Assembly (NCBI GenBank): GCA_017601395.1
Contig: JAFNIQ010000004.1
Coordinates: 1-57,735, forward strand
DNA length: 57,735 bases
DNA from: Candidatus Brockarchaeota archaeon
GTDB lineage: Archaea > Thermoproteota > EX4484-205 > JAAOZP01
Reading direction: 5' to 3'
The notes beneath the pieces were generated by a model. That model saw only the letters and a list, made by a program, of their open reading frames with translations, was not told the DNA's origin and did no database searches. Of this stretch, positions 17,645 through 24,613 are shown one piece after another. Position numbers and translations under genes: made by a program. Within the stretch, counting starts at the first letter, position 1, and each line of letters begins with the position of its first letter.

Positions 17645-18549
17645 TACTTTTTCCGTTCATCTATCATTCTTATCAGTTGAAGCTTCTCCATGTGCTCCGG
17701 CTTCCTAGAGCCTATTTCCTCTATGAATTTCAGGTGGTCCTCTGCAGGAATAGTAAAACTATGTAGATCGCGCCATCCTGGTTTCCTATGATCTGTGCGA
17801 ATCTCATGAGGATGAAATCCTAAGTCTATGAACATCTGTCTTACTTCTTCCAACCCCTCTTTGTATGTTGAGTAGATGCGAATACTATGAGCACGTTCTC
17901 CTGTCATGGAGATATTTCCGTCGCCAGAGAAGAAACCTCTTAAGTATGCCCTTTTCCCTTCTTCGTCTAAATGGGCTACAGGCGGATGAAATTCAAAGTC
18001 CTCTGGCCCCTTAATGCCCAGATTTGCTAAATCGTAAGCTATCTTCTTGCTATATATCCTTGGCTTATGGTAGGCTTTCTCTCCTTCTCCCGTGTCTTCA
18101 AAACGGATATAATCGCGGGCAGTTTCATGGTAGACCTCTCTAATTAAGTTAATGAAAAGTTCAGCGAGTTCCTTATCCTCACTATCGAAATAAACCTCAT
18201 ATACGCTTTTCTCACTATTAATGTAAATTCCACCGTCAGAGGCTATTAAACCGCATAACTCTGCCTTTTCTGGAGTAAGTATTTCCCTAACTTTTCCATC
18301 TAAAAATTCCAAACTCATTCCTTTACTCAGCTTAAAAACAATCCTGCCTCCTTCAACCTTGGCTTCAGAAAAGATTCCGATAACTTTACCTTCTTTAAGT
18401 AGTTCATATCCACCGCCTTCTGCTTCGCGAACCTCGTATCTCTCAAAGGTTCTTAAGACATGAAAGGACTCTTCTTCTCCTTTCCCTCGTACTTGCTCTC
18501 CCTCAAAGAATCTCCTTTCATACTGCTTAACCCTAGAGCCTCCGCCCAT
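17644..18549 (-). CDS. double-motif LAGLIDADG endonuclease-like protein with ~95-aa N-terminal extension
   Basis: Two LAGLIDADG motifs (LCGLIASDGGIY and YLRGFFSGDGNIS) about 110 aa apart. The C-terminal FIEEIGSRK..KL is typical of the family. The ATG directly abuts the stop of the upstream gene (TAAATG). Confidence 0.75.
   Translation of the reverse strand: MGGGSRVKQYERRFFEGEQVRGKGEEESFHVLRTFERYEVREAEGGGYELLKEGKVIGIFSEAKVEGGRIVFKLSKGMSLEFLDGKVREILTPEKAELCGLIASDGGIYINSEKSVYEVYFDSEDKELAELFINLIREVYHETARDYIRFEDTGEGEKAYHKPRIYSKKIAYDLANLGIKGPEDFEFHPPVAHLDEEGKRAYLRGFFSGDGNISMTGERAHSIRIYSTYKEGLEEVRQMFIDLGFHPHEIRTDHRKPGWRDLHSFTIPAEDHLKFIEEIGSRKPEHMEKLQLIRMIDERKK
17652..17704. repeat. left copy of the 53-bp direct repeat
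   Basis: TCCGTTCATCTATCATTCTTATCAGTTGAAGCTTCTCCATGTGCTCCGGCTTC, identical to 20558-20610. It encodes the C-terminal ..PEHMEKLQLIRMIDE of the LAGLIDADG ORF. Confidence 0.95.
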
Positions 18550-19647
18550 TTATCTTCCTCTCGTTAAAGCTCTATTCATGTCGAGCAGGTTGTGGAGAGC
18601 AAGTGTCTTGAGCCCCAGCTCCTTATCACTTAACATCAGATCGATCAATTCCTGTGGCATCATCCCTCTACATGCTTCGCAAGTACACTCCTCGAATCTG
18701 ATTTCCGGATCTTTGAAGTTGTACAATTTTCCTCCTTTAAAGTAATGTCCTTGTTTTGCTTCTAGAAACCAAGAAAGATTGCTGTAGCTACCTATCTCCC
18801 TGTACTTAAGCCTGCGGCCGATACCGTAGAGCAGCAATTCGAAATCCGTTCTAGTCCTCTTAGAAAACCACTTCAGGCTCATCAGGGCGCTGGGCAAAAG
18901 GTCACCCAGGAGATTGTCTTCGAAAAGCTCCCTCGCGGGCATCGCGAAGGAAACGTAGCCCATTTCAACCTGCTTCCTAATAGCCCAATCTATTTGAAGA
19001 TGGTTGGCGCCCTTGATTAAGCCGATTAACGGGATGTCAAGCTTGAGGAAGTCGTTTGCGAGGGAAACGAGCCTTACGGTTTGAGACCATGATAGAAAAA
19101 GTGGGTCATCCACGTAAGTATAGTTATCCGGAATCATTGTAGCATCCGGCCCAAGGTTTTTAACCAGCCTGAAATAATCCTTAAACCTAAGATTATCGAG
19201 AAGTTCGTCGGGCATCACTAATGAAAGGAAAATCCTTCCATTAAACCCTAGGAAGTCATGTAAGCCTTTTAAGGAAACTTCTTCAAGGAGGGTTTTGTCA
19301 ACCAAAAGCTGCCAAAGAGGAACAAATATTTCTGGCAATTCTACGCCATGTCTCCAGAACCATGACTTTTTATCACTAATATCGATTTGAGGGATGAATC
19401 TTTCGAAACCGATTTTGGTCATCAACTTTTTGCTTAATGAAGACATTTGCACAAAGGATCTATTCGCTGTTTTAATCGGGCAATAAGGCTGGAGTCTGCA
19501 GAAAGACTTGGGATAGGTTATTCCAGTATATTGGAAACCTCTCTGGCATTGTGCTACGAGGCACATTTTGAAAGAGCAACCGCGGCAGAGCTTATGAAAA
19601 TACGGACATTCCTCGCAATAAAAGCCGCACCATCCTTTTCTGGGCAA
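18550..19647 (-). CDS. tRNA-guanine-transglycosylase (TGT) superfamily protein, DpdA-like, with N-terminal Cys cluster
   Basis: The C-terminal CTCEAC-x25-H(NL) matches the TGT zinc site CxCxxC-x25-H exactly. It is preceded by SNLSWFLEAKQGHYF, resembling the TGT substrate-pocket strand. The N-terminus carries CGFYCEEC..C..C..C..C. Confidence 0.6.
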   Translation of the reverse strand: MPRKGWCGFYCEECPYFHKLCRGCSFKMCLVAQCQRGFQYTGITYPKSFCRLQPYCPIKTANRSFVQMSSLSKKLMTKIGFERFIPQIDISDKKSWFWRHGVELPEIFVPLWQLLVDKTLLEEVSLKGLHDFLGFNGRIFLSLVMPDELLDNLRFKDYFRLVKNLGPDATMIPDNYTYVDDPLFLSWSQTVRLVSLANDFLKLDIPLIGLIKGANHLQIDWAIRKQVEMGYVSFAMPARELFEDNLLGDLLPSALMSLKWFSKRTRTDFELLLYGIGRRLKYREIGSYSNLSWFLEAKQGHYFKGGKLYNFKDPEIRFEECTCEACRGMMPQELIDLMLSDKELGLKTLALHNLLDMNRALTRGR

Positions 19648-19770
19648 TGTGGCTTTAAAAATTGAGCTAGAATAAAAACTCTTTTCTTATGCCTCCGCTA
19701 ATAATTGAATAATTGTAATTAGATTAGTATCGGAGCATATAAATAGGTCCTAATTGAATAAAATCAGTGG

Positions 19771-20457
19771 ATGGACACAAGGAAGGGAGAGGGAAGGGAA
19801 CAGGGTGTTACTGTCTGGTATTGGGGTGAGGAATTCGAGGATGTCGGAAGGAATTGCGAGAAGTATGTTAGCAAAAGGTGGGATGAAAGCGTTAAAGAAT
19901 GTGGGGTGTGGATTCTGGCAAGAGAGAGAAGGGAGGGAATTATCTATACTGTCACTGCATTTGTAAGCAGTCCTAAAGGTATCGATAATCTGGCTCAGCA
20001 CCTATTTAACGTGACGCTCCTTCAGGGAAGTACTAAAGTGGATTTTGTTGTGGTTCAATTGACTAATTCCGTCTTCTCGGCCGGCATGCAGTATCGGGAT
20101 CCGATGGAAAAAGTGGAAAACGAATTGGAGGAACTGATGAAAAATATCGCTGAGAAGTTTGGCGAGGATCCTAGGGTTAGGGAAGTTATGAAAGGTAAAA
20201 AAGTAGTATTCATTCCAGAGATCTGCCTACTTTGCGAATTAGAATCCCATCAGGCCAGCAAGATACTTATCGAAGTTGTTCATCACTTTTTCTCGAATAT
20301 AAAAGGGTTTCTAGATTCTTTAACCAATAAGTTAATAAAGGAAGGTCTGGCAGAACGGATCTTGGGCTATAAGTTAAACGTAAGCGTTGAGAACCTTGAG
20401 ATCGAGGACGTGGAAGCTTGGGAGGATGAGGTTCACGTTTGGCTTGATCGGATATAA
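19771..20457 (+). CDS. hypothetical protein (228 aa); true start uncertain
   Basis: Long ORF divergent from the TGT-like gene across an AT-rich spacer. No motif recognised. The first ~55 codons lie in a purine-skewed G-run region where three ORFs overlap, so the start may be internal. Confidence 0.4.
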   Translation: MDTRKGEGREQGVTVWYWGEEFEDVGRNCEKYVSKRWDESVKECGVWILARERREGIIYTVTAFVSSPKGIDNLAQHLFNVTLLQGSTKVDFVVVQLTNSVFSAGMQYRDPMEKVENELEELMKNIAEKFGEDPRVREVMKGKKVVFIPEICLLCELESHQASKILIEVVHHFFSNIKGFLDSLTNKLIKEGLAERILGYKLNVSVENLEIEDVEAWEDEVHVWLDRI

Positions 20458-20557
20458 GAGCAATCTTTCAGTGTTTAAGACCTGAGATAATGAGGTAATA
20501 CCGCACTTTTAGTAGCCTACATTATTGAGAGGCCTAATAAGCGATTTGTGCTCCTTC

Positions 20558-20610
20558 TCCGTTCATCTATCATTCTTATCAGTTGAAGCTTCTCCATGTG
20601 CTCCGGCTTC
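20558..20610. repeat. right copy of the 53-bp direct repeat
   Basis: Identical to 17652-17704. Here it encodes the last 16 codons (EAGAHGEASTDKNDR) and stop of the methyltransferase, in a different frame from the left copy. Confidence 0.95.
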
Positions 20611-21252
20611 TCTGGTTCTCCTGTCCACTAGGCTGTAATTGTTCATCCCGTATTCTAGGGTAATCGCGTCTCTGAAGCCTGCCTTATTACACATCTTGCT
20701 AAAGGTTTTCCCGTCGATGAGGAAGTAGAATCTTCTATGCTGCCCCCAGTTTACCATGAAATAGTTCCCGCCGATCCTTCTAGCCCTGCGTAGAAACTTC
20801 CTATCCCTGGTCGTCTTTATCGACCATGAGGAGGCAAGCATCCATCCCTTGTCGCTCAGAACCCTTCTCATCTCTCTGAGAGCCTTCTCAGCATCATTCT
20901 CCCTCAAATGGTGTATTGCTGAAATACATATTATGCTGTCGAAAACCCTGTTCCTGAAAGGCAGGTGTGTTAACTCGTACTGCACATAGTGAACCTCTTT
21001 TCCAGAAGCGTTTTTCACGCATTGTTTAAGCATGTTTCTCGAAAAGTCTCCTGCAACCATAGTTCTGCCTCTAAGCGCTTTCAGGTTCCTACAGTTTCCG
21101 CAACCATTGTCAAGTGTTAAGCCGGCTTCCCTTGAAAAACCTCTGTCAACCAGTTTTTCAAGAAAGGGGTCTGGTCTAACCCTCGTCCTGTCAAACTCCT
21201 CGGATATGGTGTCGTAGAGCCTACGGACCTCCCCCCGGTAATCGCTGGTCAT
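20563..21252 (-). CDS. class I SAM-dependent methyltransferase, Trm9/ALKBH8-like (Methyltransf_11 type)
   Basis: LYDTISEEFDRTRVRP, LDNGCGNCRNL, FDSIICISAIHHL and MRRVLSDKGWMLASSWS follow the Trm9-type pattern. The subfamily assignment is tentative. Confidence 0.65.
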   Translation of the reverse strand: MTSDYRGEVRRLYDTISEEFDRTRVRPDPFLEKLVDRGFSREAGLTLDNGCGNCRNLKALRGRTMVAGDFSRNMLKQCVKNASGKEVHYVQYELTHLPFRNRVFDSIICISAIHHLRENDAEKALREMRRVLSDKGWMLASSWSIKTTRDRKFLRRARRIGGNYFMVNWGQHRRFYFLIDGKTFSKMCNKAGFRDAITLEYGMNNYSLVDRRTREAGAHGEASTDKNDR

Positions 21253-21367
21253 CTGAAGTTTCCACTATACTGGAGTTATAAGCTTGAAAAGCCTTTGCGG
21301 AGAATCGGTTTCACATTTATAAGCTACCATTCGAAGAACCTATTAGTTTAAACAGAAGGAAAAAATC

Positions 21368-22390
21368 ATGGTTAGGAGGAAAACAGGGGAAGAGAGCGAA
21401 GAGGAATCTAGGGAAGTGGAAGTTTTCGAATCAATAGAGGACATACCAGGTATAGGTCCCTCTACTGCCGCTAAGCTCAAGGAGCTGGGTTACACTACTG
21501 TTGAAGCATTGGCGACGGCTACTGTAAACGAGCTTGTAAGCGGGGGCATTCCTGATAAGACCGCCGCCAAGATAATATCGCTGGCGAGAAGCAGTATTGA
21601 GGTTAAATTCGTTTCAGCTCTAGACATTCTTAAGCAGCGGGAGCACATTCAGAAGCTCACCACGGGGAGTAAGAAGCTGGATGCTCTCCTAGGAGGAGGG
21701 CTGGAGACAATGACGATAACAGAGTTCTTCGGGGAGTATGGGACAGGGAAGTCCCAGATAAGCCATCAGCTTGCTGTTAATGTTCAGCTGCCTGTGGAGA
21801 GAGGGGGTTTAAACGGAAACGTTGTTTACATCGATACTGAAAACAGTTTCAGGCCTGAGCGCATTGTCGCAATGGCTAAGTATCTGAAGCTGGATCCGAT
21901 TAAGACTGTTGAAAACATCACTGTGGCTGAAGCCTTTAACTCGGACCATCAGATACTCATAGCTGAACGTCTCGATGAAATCATTAAGAGTAAGAGGGTG
22001 AAGCTCGTCATAGTCGACTCCCTGACGACCCACTTCAGAAGCGAATACTTAGGCAGGGAGAGCCTTGTTAAAAGACAGCAGAAGCTGAACGCCCATCTTC
22101 ACAGGCTTGAGCGTCTTTCTAAAGCCTTCAACCTTGTGATCGTTGTCACCAACCAGGTTATGGCTAAGCCTGACGAGATCTTCGGAATGGGGGCGTATCC
22201 TGTTGGAGGCCACATTCTTGCGCACAGGAGCCACACGAGAATATACCTGCGTAAGGCTAGGGGTGAACAGGGTTTAAGAGTCGCCAGACTGATAGTTAGC
22301 CTGGACAGGCCTGAGGGAGAATGCCTGTTTAAAATCACTGAGAACGGTATAACTGACGTTGAGGAAGAAGCCTACGATGAAGAGGACTAG
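21368..22390 (+). CDS. radA: DNA repair and recombination protein RadA
   Basis: N-terminal HhH (IEDIPGIGPSTAAKLKELGY), Walker A GEYGTGKSQ and Walker B KLVIVDS. Confidence 0.93.
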   Translation: MVRRKTGEESEEESREVEVFESIEDIPGIGPSTAAKLKELGYTTVEALATATVNELVSGGIPDKTAAKIISLARSSIEVKFVSALDILKQREHIQKLTTGSKKLDALLGGGLETMTITEFFGEYGTGKSQISHQLAVNVQLPVERGGLNGNVVYIDTENSFRPERIVAMAKYLKLDPIKTVENITVAEAFNSDHQILIAERLDEIIKSKRVKLVIVDSLTTHFRSEYLGRESLVKRQQKLNAHLHRLERLSKAFNLVIVVTNQVMAKPDEIFGMGAYPVGGHILAHRSHTRIYLRKARGEQGLRVARLIVSLDRPEGECLFKITENGITDVEEEAYDEED

Positions 22391-23679
22391 GGTTCCAGTC
22401 TGAACCTGTCCCTTGGGTATAGCGTTGCCTCCCTAATGTTATCGAGCCTAAGTATGCTCATTAAAAGCCTTTCAAGACCTATTGCCCATCCTGCATGAGG
22501 AGGCATGCCGTATCCGAAAGCCTTCAAATGATATGAGAAATCGCTCGGATTAAGGTTTTTCTCTATCAACTGGCTTACAAGCTTCTCCTTGTTCTCCTCT
22601 CTGGTTCCCCCGGAGCCCAGCTCCAACGGGCCGTAGTTCAAGTCGAAGGATTGTGAAGTACCGTCTTGGTTGACCTTTATGTAGAAAGGCTTGATTTTAC
22701 TCGGCCAGTGGGTTATGAAATAATACTTTTCTTTCAGCTCCTCAAGGATCTTCAGCTCCTCGCTTCCAACATCGTCTCCGAAACCTACTTTAACCCCTTT
22801 CTCGTTAAGCATGGAGATGATCTCGCTGTACTTGAATCTTTTCAACGGAGTCTCCGGGATTCTTATTTTTAAACCTAGGTTTTCAAACTCATCTCTGCAT
22901 TTTTCAACTATCTTCTCATGAACATGCTTTATCATTTTCTCGCAGATAACCATGACGTCCTCCATGTCCGCGAAAGCAACTTCAACATCTACTGAGGTGA
23001 ACTCGTTAAGATGCTTAGTCGTGTTGAAGGGCTCAGCCCTGAAAAACGGGCCTATTTCGAAAACTCTTTCAAAGCCTATTACCATCTGCTCCTTGAAAAG
23101 CTGAGGGCTTTGGGCTAGGTAAGCTATCTTGTCAAAATAAGGCAGGGGGAAGAGGGCGGCTCCACCCTCTGTTGCAGAAGCTATTATCCTGGGAGTGATT
23201 ATTTCGACGAAATCGTTTTCATGGAAGAAGTCTCTCAACACTTGTAGAAGAGCACTTTTAATTACGAAGATGCTTCTGATCCTTGGCCTGAAAACATCTA
23301 GGGGCCGCGCGTCCAGCCTAACGTCCAGACTGCTTTTAATCCTGTCAGTAGGATCCAGTGGCAACGGGTGTTCAGAAGCGTTTAAAATCCTTATTTCAAC
23401 AGGATCTATTTCAAGCCCCCTGGGGGCCTGGGGTGTTCTTCTTACTCTTCCAATCACCTCTATCACGTCGTTAAGCTTTATGCTGTCAAGCATGCTCTCA
23501 ACACCCGGGTTGGATCTTCCCCTGACCCAGGTTATCTGTACCCTGCCCCAGCGGTCTGCTAGAATGATGAACTTGACTCCGCCAAGGTCCCTTCTGTCAA
23601 GCGCCCAACCATAGACCCTGACCGTTTCGCCCTCGTCTTCAAGCGTTATGTCAACGCTTCTTTTCCTCTCTCCAAACAT
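22387..23679 (-). CDS. aspS: aspartate--tRNA ligase (archaeal type)
   Basis: 430 aa class IIb aaRS with an OB-fold N-terminus. Motifs LAQSPQLFK, motif 2 FRAEPFNTTKHLNEF and motif 3 GMPPHAGWAIGLERL. Confidence 0.88.
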   Translation of the reverse strand: MFGERKRSVDITLEDEGETVRVYGWALDRRDLGGVKFIILADRWGRVQITWVRGRSNPGVESMLDSIKLNDVIEVIGRVRRTPQAPRGLEIDPVEIRILNASEHPLPLDPTDRIKSSLDVRLDARPLDVFRPRIRSIFVIKSALLQVLRDFFHENDFVEIITPRIIASATEGGAALFPLPYFDKIAYLAQSPQLFKEQMVIGFERVFEIGPFFRAEPFNTTKHLNEFTSVDVEVAFADMEDVMVICEKMIKHVHEKIVEKCRDEFENLGLKIRIPETPLKRFKYSEIISMLNEKGVKVGFGDDVGSEELKILEELKEKYYFITHWPSKIKPFYIKVNQDGTSQSFDLNYGPLELGSGGTREENKEKLVSQLIEKNLNPSDFSYHLKAFGYGMPPHAGWAIGLERLLMSILRLDNIREATLYPRDRFRLEP

Positions 23680-23691
23680 TCTCCATCATCT

Positions 23692-24189
23692 TCAAGTAGT
23701 CTGAATCCTGACGTTAACACCTAGTTTTTTAGCGAGCTTCTCAAGCTTTTGAACATGCTTCTCATCCAGCTCTTTCCCCTCAACCATGATTTTAAACTCG
23801 GTGATGTTGCCTGGAAGCCACACCTTGCTTAAGCCAACTATTCTAAACGGGTATACGAGTTCCTCGAGCTTCCTCTTCTGGTCCTTCCTATAATCCACAA
23901 CTATTATTTTCTCGACGCCGGTATCCCGTATGATTCTCTCAGCAATCTCCTTCCTATCCCTGAGAATCCTGACCCCGTCGTTATTGCTTAAAATAAGTAG
24001 AACCCCGTCTTCAACATGGGCCTTCTTAAACTCGATTTTTTCAAGCTCGCGGATCCTGCTGGCTTCCTCAAGCAGGATCCTTGACAGTGTTAAATCTAAA
24101 TCACTATTCTTACCTGTGTCTATGAGCTCTCTGCATTTCTGGCATAAGATTCCGCTTTTCACGCAGAAATCGCAGAAAGGTATTTTCAT
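23692..24189 (-). CDS. conserved-looking zinc-ribbon protein, possibly KH-like RNA binding (function unknown)
   Basis: N-terminal CDFC..x..CQKC zinc ribbon followed by an alpha/beta region. Lies next to aspS and L40e. The family was not securely recognised. Confidence 0.45.
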   Translation of the reverse strand: MKIPFCDFCVKSGILCQKCRELIDTGKNSDLDLTLSRILLEEASRIRELEKIEFKKAHVEDGVLLILSNNDGVRILRDRKEIAERIIRDTGVEKIIVVDYRKDQKRKLEELVYPFRIVGLSKVWLPGNITEFKIMVEGKELDEKHVQKLEKLAKKLGVNVRIQTT

Positions 24190-24287
24190 GCACTGTCTTG
24201 AGGGCCATTAAACTCTTTTTAAATCTTCCCTCCTTCCGTTAGCTGCGTAAACCTTTTAAATACTAATCTGAAGGGTGATTTGGCAGC

Positions 24288-24455
24288 ATGAAGATAAGCG
24301 ACCCGGTGCTGATCGAGATCGTTAAGAGACGGAGACTGCGGTTCATGATATGCAGGAACTGCGGTGCTAGGAACGCTATTAATGCGAAGAAATGTAGAAA
24401 ATGCCACAGTAAAAATTTAAGGCCGAAGAGGACCGAGAGGAGGGCTAAGAAGTAG
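24288..24455 (+). CDS. rpl40e: 50S ribosomal protein L40e
   Basis: Absent from the ORF track (55 aa): MKISDPVLIEIVKRRRLRFMICRNCGARNAINAKKCRKCHSKNLRPKRTERRAKK. Matches archaeal L40e including the CxxC..CxxC knuckle. A TATA-like CTTTTAAATA lies about 30 nt upstream. Confidence 0.9.
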   Translation: MKISDPVLIEIVKRRRLRFMICRNCGARNAINAKKCRKCHSKNLRPKRTERRAKK

Positions 24456-24497
24456 GCGAATAGAAAAGAATATAAAACAGGTGTTGAGTTTTTAACC

Positions 24498-24589
24498 GGG
24501 CCGGTCGTTCAGATGGCTAGGACGCCGCTCTCACACAGCGGAGGTCGCCGGTTCGAAAATGGAATTAATCGGAAATCCGGCCCGGCCCA
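24498..24589 (+). tRNA. tRNA-Val (anticodon CAC) with an apparent 18-nt intron in the T-loop
   Basis: Acceptor GGGCCGG/CCGGCCC, D arm GTTC-AGATGGCTA-GGAC and anticodon stem CCGCT/AGCGG with loop CTCACAC. T stem GCCGG..CCGGC is interrupted. Removing ~24558-24575 restores the T-loop TTCGAAT and a 74-nt tRNA. Confidence 0.75.
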
Positions 24590-24613
24590 TTTTCCCTATG
24601 TTTTCAGCTTCCG

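Larger units (their letters stand above)
17645..20610. mobile_element. candidate integrated or mobile cassette bounded by 53-bp direct repeats (no integrase)
   Basis: Perfect 53-bp direct repeats lie at 17652-17704 and 20558-20610. The position is adjacent to a tRNA and the composition is AT-richer than the flanks. The three ORFs are unrelated to the neighbouring housekeeping genes. Confidence 0.45.

Noticed and set aside
19750-20001. 83-aa minus-strand and 70-aa plus-strand ORFs overlapping the start of ORF 19771..20457
   Set aside because: All three lie in the purine-skewed G-run region, where stop codons are rare in several frames. Nothing distinguishes these two as coding.
17645-20610. 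Integrase, transposase or inverted terminal repeats within the repeat-bounded cassette
   Set aside because: None of the three ORFs shows tyrosine/serine recombinase or DDE motifs. The inner ends of the cassette are not inverted repeats, so it cannot be called a conventional IS or integrative element.
24219-24407. 62-aa minus-strand ORF
   Set aside because: It lies antisense to a 55-aa plus-strand ORF that matches ribosomal protein L40e along its whole length.
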